Source: a virus (taxonomy: Duplodnaviria; Caudoviricetes). From it: a stretch of 60,252 nucleotides of DNA. Below, piece by piece: positions 15,821-23,879 of this stretch (its first letter is position 1; each line of letters starts with the position of its first letter). The stretch is taken from positions 1-60,252 of the IMG/VR virus record IMGVR_UViG_3300021599_001627, one strand, 5' to 3'. The translations under genes and the position numbers were made by a program. The notes beneath the pieces were generated by a model. It ran no database searches and had not been told where the DNA came from. It worked only from the letters and a program-made list of their open reading frames with translations.

Positions 15821-16906
15821 TCACACCAGTGCCAGGCAGGCTTCGCGGGCACGGTCGATCCGCTTGGCGCTGCTGCCACCCCAGAGGGCTTCGAGGCGGG
15901 CGCGGGCACGGTCGGTCTCGTCCTTGGCGCGGCCTGCGTCGTGTGTCTCGAACTGGGTGATGGCGTTGTACAGGCCGTACAGCGTGCCGGCGCAACCGGG
16001 CAGGTCTCGGATGCCCAGGCCGGTGTCACCGGCGTAGTGGCTGCGGATGACGTCGATCTCGGGGAGGTCGGCGATTGTGCGCTGGCGTGGCTTGCCGGTG
16101 TCCTTGTCCTTAATTGGAGAAGCAAGCTTGTCGGCGAAGGTGCTCTCCAGAACGCGCCGGGCGAGCTCGGTGGTGAGCTGGACGTTGGTCAGGGAGCGCA
16201 GCTCGTCGATCGACTGGCGGAAGGAGCGGCGCTCCAGGTCGATCAGGTGCGGCAGGTTCTCGGCGAACTGGGTGACTGATGCCGTGTGCTTCATTCGCAG
16301 ACCGGAGCCGTCACGGCTAGCCAACGTGGCGGCCTTGCCGGTCAGGTAGCTCAGCTGGTTGGCGCACCGCAGGCGGACGTCGCTGAAGAACACGCCGAAG
16401 GAGCTGGAGCCGTCGAAGCTGTTGAAGGCGTGGATGTAGCGGCGGACCCGGTCACCTGGGAGTACTTCGTCCTCGGCGCGGATTGAGGCTGTGGCGAAGA
16501 TCTTGCGGCCGTTGCGGATCGAGAGGACGTTTTCGATCTCGATGTCTTCGCGGAGGTAGTCGAGCAGGTTCACCAGGGCCGTGTTCTGGACCGGCGTGTA
16601 GCCCGAGCCGTGGATGCCCAGGAGCTGGTTGGTGTCGCTGCGAACAATCGAGCAGTGCTCGGGGGATTCGATCGGGCCGTCGGGGCCCATGAAGAAGGCG
16701 GGGCGCTTGTCGGCGGTCCAGTCCAGGCCGGCGATGGCGAATGCCTCACAGGCGGAGGCGTTCTCGGGCGTCATGGTGCCGACGCGGCCGATCAGTGGGT
16801 TCACGGCGTAGCCGCGGTCGCGATACCGGCCGTAAACCATCGGGCCGGAGCTGTCGGCGGAGAACGCGGTGCTGACGCGGTTGGGGCTGCTGAGAGTCAT
16901 TTGCAT
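15821..16906 (-). CDS. DUF932 (TIGR03299-like phage/plasmid) protein
   Basis: AGLDW, RSDT..LLG....YTPVQN, NSFDGSSS, VR..CANQL, KHT, GTLYGLYNAIT. Confidence 0.88.
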   Translation of the reverse strand: MQMTLSSPNRVSTAFSADSSGPMVYGRYRDRGYAVNPLIGRVGTMTPENASACEAFAIAGLDWTADKRPAFFMGPDGPIESPEHCSIVRSDTNQLLGIHGSGYTPVQNTALVNLLDYLREDIEIENVLSIRNGRKIFATASIRAEDEVLPGDRVRRYIHAFNSFDGSSSFGVFFSDVRLRCANQLSYLTGKAATLASRDGSGLRMKHTASVTQFAENLPHLIDLERRSFRQSIDELRSLTNVQLTTELARRVLESTFADKLASPIKDKDTGKPRQRTIADLPEIDVIRSHYAGDTGLGIRDLPGCAGTLYGLYNAITQFETHDAGRAKDETDRARARLEALWGGSSAKRIDRAREACLALV

Positions 16907-17035
16907 AGTCCTTGTTGAGAATCGGCGAAGCGCCGGTGTGGATGACGTGCGTTGATCCGAGACGCACCCCTCGGGAGGACGGGCTGTGCGGCCCTGGTCT
17001 GAGCCTAAGGGGGTTGAGGTGAATGGTCAACCTAT

Positions 17036-17194
17036 TCAGGACAAGATTTCCCGCTCCAGGCCGCGTTCGATCAGGTAGGCGGCCAGGTTGGAGATCGAGC
17101 GGCCTTGTTCCGTCGAGACCTGTGCCAGGCGCTGGAAGACGCCGTGGGCCACGGTGACGGCGATGCGTTGGCTGCGACGTTGCATGTCAGTCAT
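17036..17194 (-). CDS. CopG/ribbon-helix-helix DNA-binding protein
   Basis: RIAVTV...VFQRL...STEQGRSISNLAAYLIE. Confidence 0.8.
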   Translation of the reverse strand: MTDMQRRSQRIAVTVAHGVFQRLAQVSTEQGRSISNLAAYLIERGLEREILS

Positions 17195-17466
17195 GAGCAG
17201 GAGTCCATGAACTCGTAGTGGATGTAGGCCGACCAGAACGCGGCGTAGTCGGGGTCCTCGGGGAAAGGGCGCCCTTCGAGCTCCCAGTCGGACTCGTGCA
17301 TGCCGCAGGGGGAGTACCAACCGCCCTCGTCGCAGGTCCAGCCCGCGGCGGTGCGGATGGCGTCGATGCGGTCTTGTTCGGCCATGGCGGCCTCGGCTTG
17401 GCCGAGGTGGTCGTACCAGTTGGGGTGGCGTTCGAGTTGGAGCAGGTTGAAGGCGGGGTTACTCAT
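17191..17466 (-). CDS. Hypothetical protein
   Basis: ORF track; coupled overlaps. Confidence 0.7.
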   Translation of the reverse strand: MSNPAFNLLQLERHPNWYDHLGQAEAAMAEQDRIDAIRTAAGWTCDEGGWYSPCGMHESDWELEGRPFPEDPDYAAFWSAYIHYEFMDSCS

Positions 17467-17738
17467 CAGTCCACAGCAAGGTGCAGCAGATGGGCCTCCA
17501 GGTATTGCTTCAAAGCGCCGAAGTGGAGGCGGGCGCGGTCGCGCTGGGTGCGGGCGGCGTTGAAGGCGTAGTCGCCCTGGACGTAGTAGTCGCGGGCGTT
17601 GAACTCGATCTCGGCGAAGGCGTCACACGCGGTGCAGAGCAGCTTGTAGGCGCTCTGGTAGTCGGCGAGGAGACGCTCGCGGCCGGTGCCGTTGAGGTGG
17701 ATAGACGGCAGCGGGAAGGAGGGGGCGGTGTAGGTCAT
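17466..17738 (-). CDS. Conserved phage hypothetical protein
   Basis: PSIHLNGTG...L...Y...NARDYYVQG..AF..AR. Confidence 0.75.
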   Translation of the reverse strand: MTYTAPSFPLPSIHLNGTGRERLLADYQSAYKLLCTACDAFAEIEFNARDYYVQGDYAFNAARTQRDRARLHFGALKQYLEAHLLHLAVD

Positions 17739-17741
17739 AGC

Positions 17742-17948
17742 TCAGTTGTTCTGCAGATAGAAGAACCTCGAATCCGGGCCGAAGTCCTCCAGGTAATGGG
17801 GGAAGGCGGCCTCGATGCGGGCCTTGTTGCCGGGGTCGGCCTTGTACCAGGCGTTGGCGAGGGCGGCGCAGAAGCCGCCGCCGTGAAGCTCCATCGCCAG
17901 GAAGGTGCGGTGCAGGTCGCCGCGGGAGAGTTGGGTGGTGGTGCTCAT
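17742..17948 (-). CDS. Hypothetical protein
   Basis: ME.HGGGF.AALA.AW..ADP.N.ARIE.AFP. Confidence 0.7.
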   Translation of the reverse strand: MSTTTQLSRGDLHRTFLAMELHGGGFCAALANAWYKADPGNKARIEAAFPHYLEDFGPDSRFFYLQNN

Positions 17949-18304
17949 GACTGGGCCTCTGTGATTGCGGTGTAGTGGGTGGGTGTGTTCTGCGCGATGC
18001 CGTGGGATTGCTCCCACTTCTGGGTGACTTGGAGCGCTTGCATGTCGCGCTCGGTCTCGGGGCTGTATGACCAGCGGCTGCGCTCTTTGAGCACGCAGCG
18101 GATGGCGCCCAGCTCTACGGACTGCAGACCTTGCTGTTGCATGTGGGTCAGCAGCCAGGCCCGCTCGGCGTCGTACAAAGCGGTCAGTTCTTGAATGCGG
18201 AGCTGCAGGGACCGGGCCTCGGCGAGGTGCTTGCCGACGTCGCCGGAGGGGGCGTAGGCGCGTTTGCGCCGGGGCGCGGTGCGCCGGATGAGTGTTGTTG
18301 TCAC
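17945..18304 (-). CDS. Hypothetical coiled-coil protein
   Basis: GTG start at 18304; ...R..WSYS... Confidence 0.6.
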   Translation of the reverse strand: MTTTLIRRTAPRRKRAYAPSGDVGKHLAEARSLQLRIQELTALYDAERAWLLTHMQQQGLQSVELGAIRCVLKERSRWSYSPETERDMQALQVTQKWEQSHGIAQNTPTHYTAITEAQS

Positions 18305-18339
18305 AGCAGAGAGAGGATGAGAGGAAAGAGGCGACCGAT

Positions 18340-18594
18340 TCAGAGATCGGTGCAGTAGGCGTCGGAGTAGTCCTCGCTGGGAGGGCACTCGTCGGGCTCC
18401 ACCAGGAGCTGGCGGAGGGTGTACGGCTCGCCGCGCTCGGCGTAGGCGGCGATCAGTTCGTCCGCTTCTTCAGCGGTCTGGGCCCAGTGCTCGTGCTCCC
18501 AGTCGTCGGATAGGAAGTGCCACACGGCGACGGGCTCGGGCTGGGGTGGGGCATCCGGCGGGCAGAACCGCTCGGCGTAGTGCGTGCTGGTCAT
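18340..18594 (-). CDS. Hypothetical acidic protein
   Basis: ORF track; ATGA overlap. Confidence 0.6.
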   Translation of the reverse strand: MTSTHYAERFCPPDAPPQPEPVAVWHFLSDDWEHEHWAQTAEEADELIAAYAERGEPYTLRQLLVEPDECPPSEDYSDAYCTDL

Positions 18595-18782
18595 GGGCCG
18601 GGGAACTGGGTGAGCGTTTGAGCGGCAGGCAGCGCGCTCGGGGTTGGGGCGGCGGAGCGGCCGTAATCGATCGCCATGGCGGCCAGGGCCAGGCCGAGGC
18701 CCACGCCCCAGGCGTATTCAGCGGCATGCCAGGGGCGCATGGGCGAACGGGTGCGGGTGCTTCTGCAGTGTGCGCGTTTCAT
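18591..18782 (-). CDS. Small membrane protein
   Basis: Hydrophobic stretch AWGVGLGLALAAMAI. Confidence 0.5.
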   Translation of the reverse strand: MKRAHCRSTRTRSPMRPWHAAEYAWGVGLGLALAAMAIDYGRSAAPTPSALPAAQTLTQFPGP

Positions 18783-18807
18783 GGGAAAGAGTCAACCAAA
18801 TCAGGAA

Positions 18808-19518
18808 TCAGTTACGCAAGGCCACGCGAGAGGCGCGGGAGCCGTGGGCGTGGATCACGACGTTGGCCGTCGCGCCGTCGCACAAGGTGCAGGCAGCGCA
18901 GGTGGTTTTATGGCCGCGCTCGGTGGAGGCGGCGCAGTGGACCGTGCCGTCGGGGTCGGGGGTGTCGGCGGGGGTGACGAGGAACGTTGACCAGCCGTGG
19001 GCGGTGGCTTCAAGGTAGTCGGAGAAGCCGTGGCAGCTGGCTTGGAGAACACCGCGGGCCCAGGCGGCCAGCTCGGTGCGCCACTGCTGGGTGTAACCGG
19101 TATGAGCCGCTACGCGGCTGAGCAGAGGAAGCCAGACATCGGCAGGCGCAGCGCAGGGGTCGCCGGCGGAGCCGATCCGCAGGATGCGGTCGTCGAAGTC
19201 GGACGGCTCTGCCGGGGCGTAGCCGGCGCCGTGGTGCCAGCAGTTCCAGACGGCAAGGGGCGCCTGATACCAGCGGACGTAGCAGGTGTCGTTGAGGCGG
19301 TGGAGGCAGTCACCGCAGACGGAGTAGCCGTCCTCGGTGCGGAAGGCGTGGTGCGGGGGGATGTCCTGCCGCAAGATCCACGTCTGGAGCATGCCGCCGG
19401 TCTTGCCGTTGGCGGAGGACTCGGCGAAGCCGGTGGCGATGACGACGATGGGGGCGCCATCGAGCAAGGACGGACCCTCGTAGAGGACCCGCCCGTTGGT
19501 GTTGGTGGTGGTGGGCAT
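18808..19518 (-). CDS. Cys-rich conserved phage protein (possibly GP88/radical-SAM-like)
   Basis: NGKTG.M.QTWI, VCGDC.H....CYV, LRIG..GDP, TGYT.QW, TTCAACTLC. Confidence 0.7.
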   Translation of the reverse strand: MPTTTNTNGRVLYEGPSLLDGAPIVVIATGFAESSANGKTGGMLQTWILRQDIPPHHAFRTEDGYSVCGDCLHRLNDTCYVRWYQAPLAVWNCWHHGAGYAPAEPSDFDDRILRIGSAGDPCAAPADVWLPLLSRVAAHTGYTQQWRTELAAWARGVLQASCHGFSDYLEATAHGWSTFLVTPADTPDPDGTVHCAASTERGHKTTCAACTLCDGATANVVIHAHGSRASRVALRN

Positions 19519-19521
19519 GAG

Positions 19522-19911
19522 TCAGAGCTCGTAATGGAACCAGCCGTAGCCGGGGCGGAAGACGTAGAGGTGCTCGCAGCCGTAGTCGCGCCAGTGGGGT
19601 TCGATGTCGGCCTCGGTGACCGTGCTCGGGGGGTCGCCGTAGTTGCTGCCATCACCGGCGCACCAGGGGCCGGCGCCGCGTTCGTGGTGGTAGAGGGGTT
19701 GGGGGTCGCGGGTGGCGTCGGACTCCCAGATCTGGGAGGTGCGGAGCGACGACATGGATCCCGGTTTGACCAGGGCGCGGACCTTGGGCAGGGAGTTGTA
19801 ATGCTCTTTGAGGATGGGGAGCTGGTGTGACGGGTAGCCGTCCCAGTGGCAGTAGACGGCGCGCACCTTGCCGGATGGCAGGGCGTAGCCGATGGCGGAG
19901 CGGGTGGCCAT
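19522..19911 (-). CDS. Conserved phage protein (YCHWDGYP family)
   Basis: MATRSAIG...VYCHWDGYP...L..HYN...EHLYVF. Confidence 0.8.
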   Translation of the reverse strand: MATRSAIGYALPSGKVRAVYCHWDGYPSHQLPILKEHYNSLPKVRALVKPGSMSSLRTSQIWESDATRDPQPLYHHERGAGPWCAGDGSNYGDPPSTVTEADIEPHWRDYGCEHLYVFRPGYGWFHYEL

Positions 19912-19916
19912 GGCGG

Positions 19917-20120
19917 TCAGGCGCGGGGGTCGGGAGTTAGGCCGAGCGCGGCGAGGGTTGCGCCGGTCGTGGCGTATGGGTTCTGTGCAGCAAGGGGGCC
20001 GCAGAACATCCAGCTGTGGAAGGTGGGAGACCACCAGAGGTCGGAGGGGTCGACACCGACAGAGCGGAGCTGATCGGCAGTCACGGGAGGGATAGCGCGA
20101 TTGGAGAAGTGGGTTTTCAT
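19917..20120 (-). CDS. Hypothetical protein
   Basis: Start MKTHF via ATGA overlap. Confidence 0.55.
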   Translation of the reverse strand: MKTHFSNRAIPPVTADQLRSVGVDPSDLWWSPTFHSWMFCGPLAAQNPYATTGATLAALGLTPDPRA

Positions 20121-20284
20121 CGGCGATGATTCAGGGCAAGGTCCTTGATCTGGTCGATGTAGTCCTGGACGACTTCGAATTCGCCCTCGGTGCAGTAGCC
20201 GTCGTAATGGAACTGGTTTGCACGGGCGAAGTACTTCAGGAGGGCGTCGAAGTCCTCCGCGTGGATGGAGAGTTCTGCGTTCAT
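20117..20284 (-). CDS. Hypothetical protein
   Basis: MNAELSIH...; ATGA overlaps. Confidence 0.6.
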   Translation of the reverse strand: MNAELSIHAEDFDALLKYFARANQFHYDGYCTEGEFEVVQDYIDQIKDLALNHRR

Positions 20285-20478
20285 GCTTTTGCCCAATAGC
20301 CATTGCATTCGTGGCCGTGCTCGGTGCGGCGGTAGCCGTTGTATTGAGAGGGGTCGCGGTAGCGCCAGGTATTCCAGTTGCGGCAGGTGTGCTGCTCGTA
20401 GGCGGCGATGACCGCTTGTGCGGGGGAAAGGGTGTAGGCGAAGGTCTCGCCGGTGTCGATCCGGTGAACGGTGGTCAT
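20281..20478 (-). CDS. Hypothetical protein
   Basis: MTTVHRIDTG...P.QAVIAAYEQ...NWNTW.Y. Confidence 0.65.
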   Translation of the reverse strand: MTTVHRIDTGETFAYTLSPAQAVIAAYEQHTCRNWNTWRYRDPSQYNGYRRTEHGHECNGYWAKA

Positions 20479-20501
20479 AGCGTGTGCGGTTTCTGAATGG
20501 G

Positions 20502-20735
20502 TCAGCGGTGGCGCAAAGCGGGTGGGAGCTGGCGGTTGCGGCGCGTGAGTTCCATGCCGTAGGTCGCGGCTTGGTCGAGGTAGTAGCCCTCGCGGGAAGG
20601 GTTCCAGCCGCACATTCCGGCTGCAGCTTGCTTGCAGTCGGAGATGACGTAGCGCAGGGAGTAGGCGTCCAGGGCTTTGGCGTGAGCTTCCCAGCGGGCG
20701 AAGTCGCGCTCGGTGGCGTGGGTGGTGATCATCAC
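20502..20735 (-). CDS. Hypothetical protein
   Basis: SLRYVISDC..AA......EGYYLDQ..TY..EL.RR. Confidence 0.7.
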   Translation of the reverse strand: MMITTHATERDFARWEAHAKALDAYSLRYVISDCKQAAAGMCGWNPSREGYYLDQAATYGMELTRRNRQLPPALRHR

Positions 20736-20920
20736 TGCACCTCCACAACGCGGGCGCTGTTGCCATCGGCCACGATGGAATACCGCTCAGCCAATGCCTC
20801 AGCCTGGGCTGACGTGCAGTGTTCGGTGTAGGTGACCCACTGTTGGCTCACCGCGTGTTTGAGCTGAACCTCCCAATGGGGGCCAATCAGTGATCCGGGG
20901 GGATACCAGTTGCGTTTCAT
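20732..20920 (-). CDS. Hypothetical protein, first gene of the accessory operon
   Basis: MKRNWYPPG...; GTGA overlap with the next gene. Confidence 0.55.
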   Translation of the reverse strand: MKRNWYPPGSLIGPHWEVQLKHAVSQQWVTYTEHCTSAQAEALAERYSIVADGNSARVVEVQ

Positions 20921-20966
20921 GCTGAAACTCACAGCTAGAGGGATGGAGATGCAAAGCACCTCAGCC

Positions 20967-20997
20967 AAAAGACCCCCGGACGCAGCGCGCCAGGGGG
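20967..20997 (-). terminator. Intrinsic terminator ending the putative large ncRNA
   Basis: Minus strand CCCCCTGGCGC-GCT-GCGTCCGGGGG-TCTTTT (stem with one bulge, then U-tract). Confidence 0.7.
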
Positions 20998-21636
20998 AAC
21001 TTCTGGGGGAGATGGTTTGTGCGTGTTAGGCAGAGCCGAATGCCCATTGCCACGGTCAACACGCGGTGACCGTATGTGCAGAGCCGGGGTAAGCCGGGTT
21101 GCGTATTCCCATAGGTACAGCAAGACAGTCGCGCCCCTGTTCGCCGGGGTTGCGCTGTCAGCTTCACTGCCTGCCCACTAGACAGCTACTAGCTTCGAAG
21201 GGCTCAGAGCCCGCGCCTGCTAGTGCTCACCTAGGCCCGATGGCTCGGGCGTGGGCTCGGCATCATGCCGCTGCACCTATTCCCCCATACCATCCGGGTC
21301 GGTTAGGGCTGAACACCTATCCCTAGGTGCCCTCCTCTGAGAGGCCCGCACAAGGCGGGTCAGCTTGTCCCTCCGGCGAAGCCAGGATTCAGACGATACG
21401 TAGGCCAGACCGCAGGCAAATCGCCGCCCCTGGTACAGACCCCGGCCCTTACGGGCTCATTGTCCGATACGTCTTCCCTCCAAGCTGGGCAGGCTCACCC
21501 GATCACGGGCTCGACACTGCGCTCGGCACGGTTGTTGTTGGTAGGGCGGAGCACAGCTCCGCAACGAGTCATCACATAGGCAGTTCATGAATAGGACGCG
21601 CCGCCGGAGCGGCTGGCCCGACCCTTCCGGATCGGT
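20967..21636 (-). ncRNA. Putative large (~670 nt) structured non-coding RNA of unrecognised class
   Basis: No convincing ORF; upstream promoter and downstream terminator; more than 12 local hairpins plus several long-range complementary pairs (see findings). Confidence 0.7.
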
Positions 21637-21642
21637 GCACCT

Positions 21643-21673
21643 AACCTAGCACCACAGCTGCGCGATCCGTCAA
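21643..21673 (-). promoter_or_regulatory. Promoter TTGACG-N19-TAGGTT (with GGTGC extended -10)
   Basis: Same architecture recurs at 22455-22485. Confidence 0.65.
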
Positions 21674-21853
21674 GCGGACCGGCGGCAGAATCACGAAACC
21701 CGCACAAGGTGGGAAGCGTGATCGGCGCATGGGCGCAGCAAAGCTGCGGGACCCCATGGGCCTGGTGTTCGGTTGTCTAGGTGCGGTAGGGTGACAGCCC
21801 GGACGCCTTCCGCGACGGCATCGCCGTCCGGGTCGTTTCCGGTTGTCGTTGCC

Positions 21854-21881
21854 AACCTAGCACGGCCACCGGGCGGGGCAA
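21854..21881 (-). promoter_or_regulatory. Promoter candidate TTGCCC-N16-TAGGTT (GTGCTAGGTT)
   Basis: Shares GTGCTAGGTT with the 21643 site. Confidence 0.45.
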
Positions 21882-21904
21882 GCATCAGGCGGCTGTGTCT
21901 ATTG

Positions 21905-21960
21905 AGTCTCGGATTGAGACCTTTCGCGCGCGAAAGAGAATAGATGTCTCGTCGAGACTC
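21905..21960. repeat. Cluster of palindromes (GTCTC-N5-GAGAC, CTTTCGCGCGCGAAAG, GTCTC-N3-GAGAC)
   Basis: Seen directly in sequence. Confidence 0.7.
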
Positions 21961-22042
21961 ACGGGTCGCAGACTTGGACAGGCTGCAACGCAGTCAGTAC
22001 ACGTCCAGGACGCTATAAAAAATGTATGTATATGTATTGCTT

Positions 22043-22432
22043 TCAGCTTAGCCTGGCTTTAGTTACAAGCCCGTTAATAATGTCAGGAATACGCACTTTG
22101 CGCTCATCAGCCTGGGCTTGGAGCCATTCAAGGTTCTCTGGCGTAAAGCGGATCGAGCGTCTGTACTTGTGCTCGTCCTCTACGCGCTTTTCACCTCGCT
22201 CTCGGGCGACAGCTTGGCGAGACGCGATGCTCTGGTACTTCTCGACGGCGTCCGAGGTAAGGTCACCTTTCTCGATAGCAGCGCGCAAGCGCAACTGAAC
22301 GGCCTGTCGGCTGATGCCTAGGGTTTTGCCGACCTCGGTCCAGGTGACGAAACCGTCGCGAGCGTAAATCAAGTCGCAGACTGATAGCAGGCGATCCAGA
22401 GAGACTTGTGAGCGCTGGACAGGCGGGCGCAT
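22043..22432 (-). CDS. DNA-binding protein (HTH plus RHH-like C-terminus)
   Basis: TWTEVGKTLGISRQAVQLRL; RSIRFTPENLEWL...IPDIIN. Confidence 0.75.
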   Translation of the reverse strand: MRPPVQRSQVSLDRLLSVCDLIYARDGFVTWTEVGKTLGISRQAVQLRLRAAIEKGDLTSDAVEKYQSIASRQAVARERGEKRVEDEHKYRRSIRFTPENLEWLQAQADERKVRIPDIINGLVTKARLS

Positions 22433-22454
22433 TTAGGAGTGGATGAGGGTATTT

Positions 22455-22485
22455 AGCCTAGCACCGAAGCCCCTGCACTCGTCAA
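22455..22485 (-). promoter_or_regulatory. Promoter TTGACG-N19-TAGGCT
   Basis: Identical -35, spacer length and GGTGCTAGG to the 21643-21673 site. Confidence 0.65.
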
Positions 22486-22661
22486 CCCTCGCGCACGTCT
22501 TCCGCGCTCGGGGCTTGGTACAGCTCTTCGAGTTGGCGGATGAAGTCGGGTTCGGGGGTGACTTGTTCGACCATGATGCGCTCGATGCGTGGGCTAGAAG
22601 CCAGGAGCCGCAGCATCAGTAGTTCGTACCAGCGCAGGGGTACCAGGGGCTCTTTACTCAT
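22482..22661 (-). CDS. Hypothetical protein (59 aa)
   Basis: Translated by hand: [29 protein letters not shown]...[16 protein letters not shown]; ATGA overlap with the sigma gene. Confidence 0.6.
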   Translation of the reverse strand: MSKEPLVPLRWYELLMLRLLASSPRIERIMVEQVTPEPDFIRQLEELYQAPSAEDVREG

Positions 22662-23527
22662 GGTGTGTGACCTTGGCTGCGGAGAATGTTGCGCAGGCGG
22701 TTCAATGCCGTCTTCTGGACCTGGCCGGCGCGGGAGCGGCTGAAGCCCAGTTCGGTAGCGATGTCGCGCAAGGAGCGGTTCTCGAAGAACACGCCGTACA
22801 GGATCTGGGCTTCGACCTCGGGGAGGCGGTTCAGCGCCAGAGTCATCACCTCGCGGTTGTCCTGTAGGCGCAGGGATTCATCGGGGGAGCTGGTGGCGTT
22901 CGCGCTGTCGTAGACGATCAGGTCCATCAGGGCGTTGCCGTCGTCTGTGCACAGCGTGTCGAGCGAGCGGCACGTCGTTGTGGACTGCAGGTCGAGCATG
23001 GCCACGATGCGCTCGGGCGTGGTTTCGCAGTGCGCGGCGATCTCGTCGAAGCTGGGGGCCCGGCCGTTCGTGGCGGTGTACTCGGTAGTGAAGCGCTGCG
23101 CCCGGCCCAGTACTTCGTGGGTGTTGATCGGGAGGCGGATCGGGCGGGCCATGCTGTGGATGGCTCGGGTGATCGCCTGGCGGATCCACCAGTACGCGTA
23201 GGTGGATACCGCGTAGCCGCGCGTCGGGTCGAAGAGTTCGAGGCCGCGGATCAGGCCGAGGTTGCCTTCCTGGATCAGGTCGAGCAGATCCAGGCCCCGG
23301 TTCTGATAGCGCTTGGCGATGGACACGACCAAGCGCAGGTTGGTCTGGACCATGATCGTCATGGCGCGCTCGCCGGCGCGGCGAATGCGCGGCGGGGCGC
23401 TGTCGCGGCCGTCGGCGTGGTGCACCCAGGCGAAGATGCGTTGGCAGTGACGTAGCTGCGCCTCCTTGCTGAGGACGGGGAGCCGACCTACATCGGTCAG
23501 ATAGCTCTGGAGTTCTGTATTGGACAT
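22658..23527 (-). CDS. RNA polymerase sigma-70 factor (RpoD/group 2-like)
   Basis: [26 protein letters not shown]...[36 protein letters not shown], region 4 HTH. Confidence 0.95.
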   Translation of the reverse strand: MSNTELQSYLTDVGRLPVLSKEAQLRHCQRIFAWVHHADGRDSAPPRIRRAGERAMTIMVQTNLRLVVSIAKRYQNRGLDLLDLIQEGNLGLIRGLELFDPTRGYAVSTYAYWWIRQAITRAIHSMARPIRLPINTHEVLGRAQRFTTEYTATNGRAPSFDEIAAHCETTPERIVAMLDLQSTTTCRSLDTLCTDDGNALMDLIVYDSANATSSPDESLRLQDNREVMTLALNRLPEVEAQILYGVFFENRSLRDIATELGFSRSRAGQVQKTALNRLRNILRSQGHTP

Positions 23528-23537
23528 CAGTGCATTG

Positions 23538-23879
23538 TCAACCAGAACTGGATGGGGGAGGGTAAATGAGTGTTGAAGGCTCTGGGATATGGCGCGTAGC
23601 TGGGATGTCCTGCTGAGCGGGGAGCGCGTCGCCCGAGGGCGGATGGACCTCGGGGATGGGAACAGTGTCCGGGGCGTCGTACGGCAGCCAGCCGTTCTCG
23701 GGGTTCAAGTCTCGTGTGAGGTCTTCGCCGAGGTTCCACTGGGCGCGGATGATGTCTTCGAAGCACCGTTCGAGGAGCGGCGCATAGCCTGAGTACGTGA
23801 AGGCGCCGTCAGGGCCATCGTGTAGCTCCCAGCGGTAGTAGCCGTCCTCGGTGGAGCGGATGGTGATGAGGAGGGTCAA
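23538..23879 (-). CDS. Hypothetical protein
   Basis: [11 protein letters not shown]...YSG.A..L..CFE.I. Confidence 0.6.
   Translation of the reverse strand: MTLLITIRSTEDGYYRWELHDGPDGAFTYSGYAPLLERCFEDIIRAQWNLGEDLTRDLNPENGWLPYDAPDTVPIPEVHPPSGDALPAQQDIPATRHIPEPSTLIYPPPSSSG

Noticed and set aside
21089-21100. AACCCGGCTTAC (minus strand) matches the 3' conserved end of bacterial RNase P RNA
   Set aside because: The partner GAGGAAAGTCC and other RNase P universal motifs are absent from the region.
21345-21356. CCCGCACAAG resembles a 16S rRNA conserved segment
   Set aside because: Only ~10 nt match, with no flanking rRNA similarity.
20961-21885. Short ORFs in the non-coding region (20961-21167, 21099-21326, 21327-21590, 21691-21885)
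   Set aside because: Pro/Arg/Gly-rich, on mixed strands, mostly non-ATG starts, and without the coupling seen in real genes here.
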